64,000 nt of DNA from a virus, in IMG/VR virus record IMGVR_UViG_3300035704_000007, positions 2,946 through 66,945 of that record; one strand, given 5' to 3'. The notes below the pieces were generated by a model. It was not told the origin of the DNA and made no database searches. It saw only the letters and a program-made list of their open reading frames with translations. Position 1 is the stretch's first letter. Each line of letters begins with the position of its first letter. A program made the position numbers and the translations under genes. This document shows, piece after piece, positions 27,701 to 36,100 of this stretch.

Positions 27701-27826
27701 GGGCTGCGGCTTATTAGCCGCGTCAAGCGCACCGCCTACAGCCACCCCGACGCTGTACCCCAGGAGCGGATTCCCAAAAGCCAGACCGATGGCCCCACCA
27801 ACCAAGCCTAAGGCTATCGTAGCCAC
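24794..27826 (-). CDS. Tail tip/host-specificity protein (GTA-like central fibre)
   Basis: SAYGTPISQVWGSMRLNGTVIWA; PAYRGDAYVVF; LSRLLRGRRGT; TWTRRSR. Confidence 0.85.
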   Translation of the reverse strand: MATIALGLVGGAIGLAFGNPLLGYSVGVAVGGALDAANKPQPNQARLPDLRITGSAYGTPISQVWGSMRLNGTVIWADPRNPITTKTQVPFDIANFTDFAPPTTSFTMSFACLLCRGPITQVSKIRAGDRVIYDVNASPQSSYTIRIYLGDEVQMPDPLIVASAGATTPAYRGDAYVVFQDLPLVDFNNAFPNPLSFDVVKADSGLLASDSFNRADGTLITADSGQTWQFGTVAGQVVSNQANTTGSNDHPTWIDCSVSDATFAQLTVTTGTGSGLGAGFVLGRLSDKDNYWWFGQSAFDSSNYELGKRVAGAFTIVTTSTQPALAGDVLKLTFNGATVTGYVNGLQVCTASDSFNQTATSYGFSCASTNRIDDFSAGLLVATQVALSTILTDLFTQAGLTAGQFDVSAAVDKVDGFIIADRSDARSVIDPLLQAYDTYLTEVDGKIFALKRGAGSVATIPAGDLAARLVDGPESDPPLTLTIPRLSELDLPFRAELTYYGLPARNYLQSMQGASRVTKTWLQQVVTVTVPLVLSDDHARQIVEKILYRRWLERETPQIVLGPRYLYLAPGDTVLLPTPAGSLSVRIQQMDLALPGPIRITGVLDDAAVLVQSAAGGALTTPPAAVMDTLTTTLVAWSGNALRDADAASIGFYAVANAGASGYWPGAALYLSLDAGASYQLIGSINSGPAIGTALSALAAGTEPGPFDTTNTVDISLIAGDAPTSTSDADVTAGANLAILGDEVIQFATVTPLTGTTYRLSRLLRGRRGTDGRWSEHRVGERFALLDASAVREVLGGGAFSSQVILKAVTSGTAIAAATPVPLSIRGEEAKPYAPCHLAATRLAGDITLTWTRRSRTGAGLPSGATVPLGETTEAYAVSVLSGAPKTITAIMTASVPTFNSTAHGFSNGQKVYLTGVIGLVGVNGLIGTVSNALSNSFSLSDVSTLYLLPAYVSGGTAERVLRTFTPTSPSQVYLASAQTTDFGSPQSSVRFIITQTGALSAGYPAFFVG

Positions 27827-27916
27827 GAGCGACTTACCCCTTGCCTCTCGCGATAATGATCAGCACAATCGCTATCGCCAGCGCGCACCATGTCAATTCG
27901 AGCGCATATTTACTCA

Positions 27917-28324
27917 CTAATAGAGCCCCCGCCACCTATAGACGGCCGCCGTGTGCTCCTGCCAAAAAGCGTCGTAAGCGTGCTCGACCACGCAGCCGGC
28001 TCGCTCCCAGCTATGAATGAGTGTCCCTTCAGCCGTCGTCAAGCCCAGGTGAATAGCCTGCCCGGAGAACTGCAGCAGGACGACATCGCCGGCGTACGCC
28101 TCCCCGCAGACATGCTCCAGATGCTGCTGCAGATAAGCGAACACCTGTTCCGGGTGCACCGGCTGCGAGTAGCGCGGCATCGCGCCATCGGAGAGACCCA
28201 CCGCCTGCGCGCAGGCCAGCAGTAAGCCGGCACAGTCGCAGCCGAGGCCCTTGACCGGGACGCACTTCCTGAACGGCGTTCCCAGCCAGCTTCTCGCTTC
28301 GTCCACCAGATCCTGGCCGGTCAT
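27917..28324 (-). CDS. NlpC/P60 tail-associated peptidase
   Basis: ARSWLGTPF..GCDCAGL..HLGL..IHS. Confidence 0.9.
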   Translation of the reverse strand: MTGQDLVDEARSWLGTPFRKCVPVKGLGCDCAGLLLACAQAVGLSDGAMPRYSQPVHPEQVFAYLQQHLEHVCGEAYAGDVVLLQFSGQAIHLGLTTAEGTLIHSWERAGCVVEHAYDAFWQEHTAAVYRWRGLY

Positions 28325-28338
28325 CGACGAATCCCTAC

Positions 28339-28367
28339 TTGACGCGGCTGAATATTTACGCTATAAT
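28339..28367 (+). promoter_or_regulatory. Near-consensus sigma70 promoter
   Basis: TTGACG-N17-TATAAT. Confidence 0.8.
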
Positions 28368-28407
28368 TCCCCTGTAAGCAGTGAGTAGTCAGCCAAGGAG
28401 AGAACCG

Positions 28408-28761
28408 ATGAGCGAGCATCTTTTGACCAGCCGGAGCCGGAACCTGGGCTATGGATGGAGTAACCAGCCCTCGGGTAATGGCCCTCTGGCGATCTGCAAG
28501 CCGGCCGCGCCCGACGCAAGCGGCGGACTGCGCGCGGTCGAGAATGAGATCACGCGGGCGACGCGGTTCAACTCGGGCAACTTCCGGAGCGGCCAACTGT
28601 TTGTCGCTGGCAAGCCGGTCATCGCTCGCTGGGGCGCCTATGAGGATCAGACAGGCTGGCATCAGGGTTGGGTCTCGCTGGATCGCGGCTTTCTCGTCAA
28701 TGAGTTGCTCGCCGAATTGCGCGACGGCGGCGCCGTGCGCGTGCGAACCAGAGACGATTGA
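28408..28761 (+). CDS. Hypothetical moron protein (anti-defence candidate)
   Basis: AAGGAG RBS; first gene after a strong promoter; antisense to the tail operon. Confidence 0.65.
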   Translation: MSEHLLTSRSRNLGYGWSNQPSGNGPLAICKPAAPDASGGLRAVENEITRATRFNSGNFRSGQLFVAGKPVIARWGAYEDQTGWHQGWVSLDRGFLVNELLAELRDGGAVRVRTRDD

Positions 28762-28762
28762 G

Positions 28763-29176
28763 ATGAAATTCCTTCCCTGGTTCCGCAAGGACCTGGAGGC
28801 GGCGCTGACGATCATCCAGGCTCGCGCTCCCGGTCGGGCGCATGAGATCCAACAGTTCCGCAAGGCGCTCGCGAATGAGAGCGGCATCCTGCCCAAGCGG
28901 TTCGAGGTGCTGCTTGGCAACGCGATGGGTGGCCATGAGCGACACGCCTTCACCGAGGAGGAGAAGCGCGAACTGGGACAAACGCTCGTTCGTCTCGAAG
29001 AATACTGCCGCGACGGTCGCCCCGGTCCCAAGGTGCGCGGCAATGAATATCGGCTCATGGTCTATCTCACGAAGGCAGAGAATGAGGCACTGGTAGAATA
29101 CTGCGACCGCCAGAATACGACGCGCTCCGCGACGGTCCGCGCCGCTCTGCGCTGCCTGCTGGAGCGTGATCCTTGA
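28763..29176 (+). CDS. Hypothetical protein with C-terminal ribbon-helix-helix
   Basis: RLMVYLTKAENEALVEYCDRQNTTRSATVRAAL. Confidence 0.65.
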   Translation: MKFLPWFRKDLEAALTIIQARAPGRAHEIQQFRKALANESGILPKRFEVLLGNAMGGHERHAFTEEEKRELGQTLVRLEEYCRDGRPGPKVRGNEYRLMVYLTKAENEALVEYCDRQNTTRSATVRAALRCLLERDP

Positions 29177-29182
29177 GCCTTT

Positions 29183-29258
29183 CCCTTCCCCACCGCCGTG
29201 GGGGTGAACCGACCGTGCTCCCGATCCCGCTTCCTTCCCCACAACAGTGGGGTCGCCG
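29183..29258 (+). CRISPR. Type I-E-like mini-array: one full repeat, 20-nt spacer, one degenerate repeat
   Basis: CCCTTCCCCACCGCCGTGGGGGTGAACCG (29 nt), spacer ACCGTGCTCCCGATCCCGCT, then TCCTTCCCCACAACAGTGGGGTCGCCG. Confidence 0.7.
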
Positions 29259-29299
29259 ATCCATCGCCGCGCTTCGTCAACCAGATCCTGTCCGGTCAT
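29245..29299 (-). pseudogene. Duplicated 5' fragment of the NlpC/P60 gene
   Basis: MTGQDLVDEARRWIGDP versus MTGQDLVDEARSWLGTP; 29270-29300 matches 28295-28325 at 29/31. Confidence 0.75.
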
Positions 29300-29793
29300 C
29301 TCCGGCCCCTGGCGCGCCGCACCGCCTGCCCCACCGCCGGCGCGGAGCGCCCCAGCGCCCGCGCGCACTCCGCCTGCGTCTCCTGCCGGTAGGCCAACCG
29401 CCGCAGAACCTGTCGCTGCAGCGGCGACAGCCCCGCCAGCAGCGCCTCTGCCTCCAGCCGGTCCAAGAGTGCCGCTTCAAACGACGGCGCGGCCGGCTCG
29501 AACGGCTCGGCCTCGTCGCCATCCTCCCTGCGACTCCCGATCTGCGAGAACGGGATCGCCGCCGGCCGCGCCTCGCCCTGCCGGTACGCCTGCCCGAGCC
29601 AGCGGCGGAACCATTCCGTGGGCGCCCGCTCGGCGGCGAGCCACGCGCCGTGCAGGCCCGCGCGCTGGTAGCCACGCCACGCCTCCAGGTGGGCTTGGGA
29701 TCTGATATCCTGCCATTCCGGGTGAGCACTCCAGCGCGGGCCGAGACAGGCCAGCACCAGGTTCATGAGACGCGGCCCCGGATCCGCAGACAT
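29296..29793 (-). CDS. ECF-like sigma factor (region 4 clear, region 2 divergent)
   Basis: WQDIRSQAHLEAWR; LAGLSPLQRQVL..ETQAECARALGRSAPAV. Confidence 0.55.
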   Translation of the reverse strand: MSADPGPRLMNLVLACLGPRWSAHPEWQDIRSQAHLEAWRGYQRAGLHGAWLAAERAPTEWFRRWLGQAYRQGEARPAAIPFSQIGSRREDGDEAEPFEPAAPSFEAALLDRLEAEALLAGLSPLQRQVLRRLAYRQETQAECARALGRSAPAVGQAVRRARGRR

Positions 29794-30227
29794 CAGAGAC
29801 CCCGGTAGAAGCGCAGGAAGCCGGCATCGAAGCCGGGCGGCGGCGGGCGAGGAGCTTTGTGCCGGGCAGCCCCCGGCAGCGCCCGTACGGTCACGCTGAC
29901 CAGCTTGACGCGGAAGGCCGAGAGGCAGTGCGTCCCATCTGCCGGCAGCACCACGAGCGGCGCTTCCCCGCTCTCCATCCCCGGTGAGACTTGACCCGCC
30001 ACCGCATCGATGCGCGTGTCCGACCACTGCAGCACGCCGTCCCTGCCCCAGCAGTGGGTGACGCTGCCCACGGTCGAGCCGAAGCCGGATCCCAGGATCG
30101 CAAAGTGATCGCCTTCGTGCAGAGAGCGGACGGGCACGCCGCTGCTGTTGATACACTCCGTCACGTTGAAGTTCCAGCCCACCGGCAGGGTCGCCAGGGA
30201 GAGCGCGAGGAATAAGGAAGCGAGCAT
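29793..30227 (-). CDS. Exported single IPT/TIG-domain protein
   Basis: Signal-like N-terminus; ILGSGFGSTVGSV..VLQWSDTRIDAV. Confidence 0.6.
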   Translation of the reverse strand: MLASLFLALSLATLPVGWNFNVTECINSSGVPVRSLHEGDHFAILGSGFGSTVGSVTHCWGRDGVLQWSDTRIDAVAGQVSPGMESGEAPLVVLPADGTHCLSAFRVKLVSVTVRALPGAARHKAPRPPPPGFDAGFLRFYRGL

Positions 30228-30241
30228 TATTAGCCTTCTTT

Positions 30242-31348
30242 CTAGCCACGGCCTCTTAAAAATATACTGTCAAGACCTGGAATTAAATTCTCCGCTCTAT
30301 AATTTATGCTGTTGGCAAACCTGCTATCACACACCCCCAGAGTGCGGTCACAGCCGGCCGTCAGGAGCGCCGTGTCGCCCGGCGCGCAGGCAAACGGAAA
30401 CGCCTCCTGCAGGTCGAGGGTCGCCTGGCCAAAGATCGGGACCGTGTGCGCCTTCACCTCACGCGAGATGCCGGCATTGAGGCCGCTCGTGAAGCTGACG
30501 GTCCCGTAGGAGTAGAATCCTGGGGGCGTAATGTCGCTGTTGAAGACGAGCCGCTGCGAGGTCGAGCCGGGCGTCAGACCGGCGCTCAAGAGCGGGCGCG
30601 TGAACTGGTAGCCGATGAACCCCGCCCCGCCAAACACCGGGTAGGCGCTCGTGTCGATCTGCACCGCAAAGGTGGTGCTGGTCGGCGCGGGAGACGCCAG
30701 CACGGGCTGCACCTGCCCATTCAGCAGCACCATTCCGGTCACGTCGGTAAAGAACGCCCCGTCTCCTGCTATCCGTCCGTGTGCCGTCGCGGTGGTGATG
30801 ACCGCCGGGTTGGTCTGGGTGATGGCCGAGATGGCTACCGCCGTCAGCTTCACTTTGCATCTGGTGTCACCGAGTGCAAAGACGCGACAGGTGCCCGATG
30901 TCTGCTCGCCGATCTGCTGGGTGAGCCGGCTGGAGAGCGCGCGGATCTCGGCGGTGTAGCCGCCGTCGCTGTATTGAAGATTGCCAATGTAGCCCGTGCA
31001 GAGAAGAATTCTGCTGACCAGCGGGCTTTCAGCCCAATTCACCTGAAACAATTCGACGCTCGCCTGGTCATAGAGGCCCGCCAAAAGATCGGCGTCCCGA
31101 ATGAACGAGCTGCTCAACGTGCCGTCGATACTCAAATTGTCCACGCCCGACCCTTGTGACACGCGAAGCGCCGTCGCGTCGATGCCGTCCAGGGTGTGAT
31201 AGACCGTGCCCGCGAAGGTCAGATCCCGGTCAAAGGTCGTCAGGCCCAACACCACGCCCGCGTTCGTGGTGATCTTCATGCAAGTGGCTAGGGTGAGCAC
31301 ACTACCGCCGATGTGCGTCAGTAACGGGGAGGGGATTGTCCTGCTCAT
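30242..31348 (-). CDS. Baseplate hub/tail tip protein (DUF2163-like)
   Basis: LATCMKIT..LGLTTFDRDL; CRVFALGDTRC; AGCDRT..C..RFANSINYR. Confidence 0.85.
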   Translation of the reverse strand: MSRTIPSPLLTHIGGSVLTLATCMKITTNAGVVLGLTTFDRDLTFAGTVYHTLDGIDATALRVSQGSGVDNLSIDGTLSSSFIRDADLLAGLYDQASVELFQVNWAESPLVSRILLCTGYIGNLQYSDGGYTAEIRALSSRLTQQIGEQTSGTCRVFALGDTRCKVKLTAVAISAITQTNPAVITTATAHGRIAGDGAFFTDVTGMVLLNGQVQPVLASPAPTSTTFAVQIDTSAYPVFGGAGFIGYQFTRPLLSAGLTPGSTSQRLVFNSDITPPGFYSYGTVSFTSGLNAGISREVKAHTVPIFGQATLDLQEAFPFACAPGDTALLTAGCDRTLGVCDSRFANSINYRAENLIPGLDSIFLRGRG

Positions 31349-31407
31349 GCCGTCCCCCAGGAAGGAAAAGCGCGGCTGCTTGGAGAACTAGTCAGCGGGG
31401 GAAGTTG

Positions 31408-32307
31408 ATGAGAACACTGTCTGAGACGCATGTCGCCCGCTTCTGGTCTCGCGTTGATATTCATTGCCCGAACGGCTGCTGGCTCTGGACTGCCGGGAAA
31501 ACGGTCGACGGGCATGGACGCTTCTTTGACGGTGTGAGTGAGCGCATGTCCCATCGCATAGCATGGGAGATGATGCGCGGGGAGATTGAGCCGGGACTTC
31601 TTGTTTGTCACGACTGTCCAGGTGGAGACGTGCCTGCCTGTGTAAACCCGTCTCACATGTTCTTGGGCACGATATCGGAAAATACCATGGACCGCTGCCG
31701 CAAAGGAAGGACAGCACGAGGAGACCGCAACGGCTCTCATCAGGCGGCGGTCAGGCGCAGGCTGGGGCTGCCACCACAGCCGCCAGGGCGCGGACGCGGA
31801 TGGAACCGAAAGCTGGCTCCTACGGAGGCTGACGTTCAACGCTTTTGGGAGAAGGTGGCCGTCGGGGATGTTGATGATTGCTGGCAATGGCAACCTGTGA
31901 CAGACAGCGACGGCTACGGACGGATGCGCTGGGATGGCCATTACGTTCGAGCGAACCGAATCGCGTGGATGATTGCCAGAGGCGCCATTCCTACCGGTCT
32001 CTGGGTCTTGCACCGCTGTGATAATCCCCCCTGCTGTAATCCGTCGCACCTCTTTCTTGGCACGTCTCAAGATAACGTCGCCGACAAAATGTCTAAGCAT
32101 CGCCAATCGCGAGGTGAACGGCACCGTTCGAGTTTTAGACCGGGTCATAACCAGGGCGAGCGGAATGGAAGAGCCAAGCTCACGCCTGAAGACGTAGCGA
32201 ATATTAGGTGTCTGGCCAACCTGCTGAGTGCGCCAGAGGTCGGCAGGATCTACGGAATTGCCAAGCCGAATGTCTATCGGATCTGGGATGGCAGTGGTTG
32301 GAAATAA
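31408..32307 (+). CDS. Double-HNH homing endonuclease
   Basis: Two RFW.(R/K)V..CW.W..HR/NR..H.C..C.NPSH.FLGT..N..D domains. Confidence 0.9.
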   Translation: MRTLSETHVARFWSRVDIHCPNGCWLWTAGKTVDGHGRFFDGVSERMSHRIAWEMMRGEIEPGLLVCHDCPGGDVPACVNPSHMFLGTISENTMDRCRKGRTARGDRNGSHQAAVRRRLGLPPQPPGRGRGWNRKLAPTEADVQRFWEKVAVGDVDDCWQWQPVTDSDGYGRMRWDGHYVRANRIAWMIARGAIPTGLWVLHRCDNPPCCNPSHLFLGTSQDNVADKMSKHRQSRGERHRSSFRPGHNQGERNGRAKLTPEDVANIRCLANLLSAPEVGRIYGIAKPNVYRIWDGSGWK

Positions 32308-32309
32308 CA

Positions 32310-33173
32310 TCATCCCTTCAACTCGATTATCCTGACCGAACTCATACTTCTGATGGCCACGTCCTCAAGAGTAAATCCGCTCAGGTCCTGGTCGAAGCGC
32401 ACGGGAATATCAAACTGAAAAGAGGCATCGGTGGCGTCCGTGCTGGCCAGATACTTGGTTGCCGCGCCGCCGCTGACGTAGGCCGAGAAAGTCGACGTGT
32501 TCAGGCTGGTAGTGACTGAAGAACCGCCCACGGAAGTTACCTGCGCGACCAGTCCATTAGCCGCCGTCATTCCGCTGATGCCGGTGAGGAATAGCAGATC
32601 GTTGGTCGCGAAGACCGGCGTCGTGCCAAACTGGATCGTTGCTGTGGCCGAGACGTTGATCCCGGTAATCGCCTGCGTCGAGACCGCATTGAGCGTGACA
32701 ATCCCCGTCGTCGTGTCGATGCTGCTATAAGGCAGGTTGCTGCCGTTCTTCCGCAGAGTGACGGCGGGACTGGCACTGAGCGGTTTATAGATGTTCCGAA
32801 TGTAGGTATTGCCAGCATCACCATAACCGCGGACCAATTGAGCCGTCGCGCTGCCCTTGACTGGATTGAGAGGGCTCTGTGCCGCCGGATAGAGCGGTTC
32901 ATTGGTCGCCACGTAATCGGACCAGTCTTTGAACCGGAAGCCCCGTGCGCGGCCGCTGCGGGCGTACCAGAAGGCAAGGAGTGCGGTGAAGCCGGCCGTA
33001 TCGCGCTGATCGAGAGAGATGGTCCATTCCGCGCGCGGGTCGGCCCACTGCTGAACGCGCTGCTCCTGGCCGCCGGCAGTGGCGACTACCACGGTACGCC
33101 AGGACGGCCCACCTTGCGCTCCGCGCGAGATAAGCGGGCTCATCTGGATCTCGTCTATGGAGGGAGCAGCCAT
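32310..33173 (-). CDS. Distal tail protein (DUF2460-like)
   Basis: GGPSWRTVVV..GQEQRVQQW; GFRFKDWSDY; FDIPVRFD. Confidence 0.85.
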   Translation of the reverse strand: MAAPSIDEIQMSPLISRGAQGGPSWRTVVVATAGGQEQRVQQWADPRAEWTISLDQRDTAGFTALLAFWYARSGRARGFRFKDWSDYVATNEPLYPAAQSPLNPVKGSATAQLVRGYGDAGNTYIRNIYKPLSASPAVTLRKNGSNLPYSSIDTTTGIVTLNAVSTQAITGINVSATATIQFGTTPVFATNDLLFLTGISGMTAANGLVAQVTSVGGSSVTTSLNTSTFSAYVSGGAATKYLASTDATDASFQFDIPVRFDQDLSGFTLEDVAIRSMSSVRIIELKG

Positions 33174-36100
33174 CAGCTTCCCCTCCGTGCTGCTAGCATC
33201 GCCGAACGATTTGCGTCAGCCAGTATTTGGCCCTGTGATTGCCTGAATGCCTGGGGATTAGGCGTCTGGATAATGAACGTCTGGTGCACCGTGGTTCCCA
33301 TCCCCTGCGTCGTCGCTCCGTGCGGCAGGATCATCCCCGGCGTCGGCGGGATGAACGTCTCGCTCCCCCCTTCGCCCACGGTGATCGGCACGCCGGCCTG
33401 GACGTAGCCCCCGGAGGCGAAGTGACTGCCGTAGGAGTTGTCATAAGAGCCGCCGCCTCCTGCGGAACTGCCCCCGCCTAAAGCACCGACTCCGAGATTG
33501 ATGAGTTCGCCCACCAGCCCGGCGCTGCTGCCACTACTGCTGCCGCCTGGCGTCGGGGTCAGCGCATCGGTGATCTTCTTCCGGATCGCCGAGCGGATGA
33601 TCTCCAGCGCAATCGATTGGAACAGGTTTTTGAAGCCGTCGATGATGTTCGCGAAGAACCCTTTGAAGCCGTGCTGCCAGATATTATTCAGCGTATTGGA
33701 GAGGACATCGGCGGTGCCGGTAGCCACGCTCTCGATCAGTTTCTTCTGCTGAGCGACGTTCTTCGCCAGGGTATCATTGGCTTTAGTCGCCGCCTCCACT
33801 CCCTCCAGATACATGATCAGCGCGTCATCGCCCTCGACGAAGGCCTGGTTCAGCGCTGCCTGCACTTCCGTCAATACCTTTGTCGTGCCGGTCAATTCCG
33901 CGTGCCGCTGTCCCTGCGCCACCGCTAGCTTTCCCGCGTCATCCCACAACTTATTGTTCGCCTCCATGGCAGCCTGGGCGTCCTTCTGGCTCTGTGCTAG
34001 TTTTTCGTTGGCTTTGGTGGCGTCTTCCAGCCCCTGCGCCCAGAGGATCAGCAGCGGGTTGCCCGTATTGTAGGCGTCGTTCAGCAGCGTCTGTGCCTCG
34101 GTGAGCGTCTTACTCGTGCCGGTCAGCTTCGCGTGCTCGGTCCCTACCTCTTTGGCACCTTCCGCTAGCCGGTGCAGGAGGTCTTCCTGCGCTTTGGCAT
34201 CCGCTTTCGTGGCCGCTGCCGCCGCCTCGCGGATGGCTTTCTCGGCATTGTTGGTCTGCACCAGGGCAGCGAGTCGCGCTTTCAGCGCGATCTGCAGCGC
34301 GTCGGTGGTCGGCTGGTTCTTGTCCTCGCCCCGCCCGGCGCGGATCTGGCCCTCGACGGTGGCGATCTGCTGCCGCAGGCTCTGCACGGCATGGAGACGA
34401 GCCGCGGTCGCCGCTTCTTCGGTCGCCGCAGCCACGGCGCTGGCACGCGGGCCGGGGTCCGCGCCCGCAAACTGGGCCGACACCTGCTCGGCCGCGCTTT
34501 TAGGCGCTCCGCGGATCTGGGCGTTCATCTCGGCGATCTTCGCCCGCAGTTGCTCGGTGGTCTGCGTGGCGCGCTCGTTGGCGCTGTTCTTTTTCTCCAG
34601 CGCCTTGTCCGCGGTCGTGAGGTCGATCAACTCCTGAACGCGGGCATCATGGAGCAGATGGAAGCGGCCGGCGACCTGGGCCGCGACGTTGCCTTCCCCG
34701 GCGATCAGTTGGGTGTGCCGCTCGCGCTCCGCGTCCAGGGCAGCATCCAGCGACTTGCTTTCCTGCTGTGCGGGCGTGAGCTTTGCGGCGCCCGCCCCCG
34801 CTTTCGCGAGCTTATCGCGGATGTCGGCATCGCTCTCGCCCGTGCCGCCGCCCTTGGAGGTGAGCGAGTTCAGGCGGGCCAGCGTCGTCTTGTAGTCAGC
34901 CAACACCTTATCGAGGGCGCTTTCGGCGGCGCCCTTCGGCTTCGTCGCGCCCGGCTGCTGGAAGTAGGACGGCCCGAGCTGCTTGTCGAGCGCGCGCTCG
35001 TCGCCCGCGGCCTCACCCAGGGCCTGCTGGTAAGCGCCGCCGAGGCCCACGCGTGGCGCTCCCGGCTTGAAGAGGTCGAACACCTTGCCCGGCAGCTTCT
35101 CGGCGGCGCCGCCGAGGATGCGCGTGCCCCGCACGGCATCATCGGTGATCCCGTGCCAGTTCGTCTGAAAGGCTGCCGCCGCGATGCCCATGGCGGCGAA
35201 CACGCCCACCCAGAGCGCCCCGAGCGCGATGGCCGCGAAGCCGATCTTTGCTAGACCGCCCACCACCCCACCGGCACCCGTGCCCGTGGCTACCTGCGTC
35301 ACGACTGACAACTCCAGCGCCGCTTTCTTCATGTCGATGACGGTCTTGACGAACTCGCCCATCTTGACGGCCGCCGGGCCGAGAAGCGCGGCAGCGGCGG
35401 CAATCCCGAGGATGGCCTCCTGGCCGCCCGTCGAAAGCTGGGAAAACCAGTCGATCCCGTCCTTCACGAGGTCCAAAAGTGGTTTCAGGCCGTCCAGGAT
35501 CTGCGCCGCCACCTTCAGCAGGATCAAGCCCAGCGGCGCCAATGCCACCTCAACCTGATTACGGAACTCGCCGAAGACGACCCCGAACGTGCGGGTCTGC
35601 GCCGCTGCTTTGGCGATGGTGTCCGAGCCGTCCGTGAGCGCCTTCTCCAGCCCTTCCAGGCTGAGCTTGCCGCTGCGGATGTCCTGCACCAGGTCATTCC
35701 CGACGCGCGCCCCAAAGAGCCGCGTCGCTTCCTTCAGCGCGTCCATCGGCGTCTTCGCGTGCTCGATGTCGGCAACGATGATCTGGAACGCCCGGTGAGC
35801 ATCCGTCACGCCCGCTTTGGCCAGCTTCGACATCTCCTGGGTGAGGCCGCGCATGACTACCGTGGGCGGGATGCCGGCCTTCTCAAACGAGGCCAGCAGT
35901 GCCACGGAATCGACGATGCCGAGGTTCATCGTGTGGAACACCGGGCTAAAGCGCGTTAGCTCTTCAGCGAGCTTCTGGGCGCTGACGCCGGTCTTCTCGT
36001 GCGCCCGGTTCAACAGGTCGAGCACGGGGATCTGATCGCGGGCGCTGATCCCCCAGGCGGTGAACAGTTGCGTGGTCGCTTTGATGAGCGGGGCGACCTG

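Noticed and set aside
34505-34545. Gapped match of tract F to the tape measure gene (KIAEMNAQIRG)
   Set aside because: Only 7 of 17 dinucleotides match; plausible by chance in 64 kb
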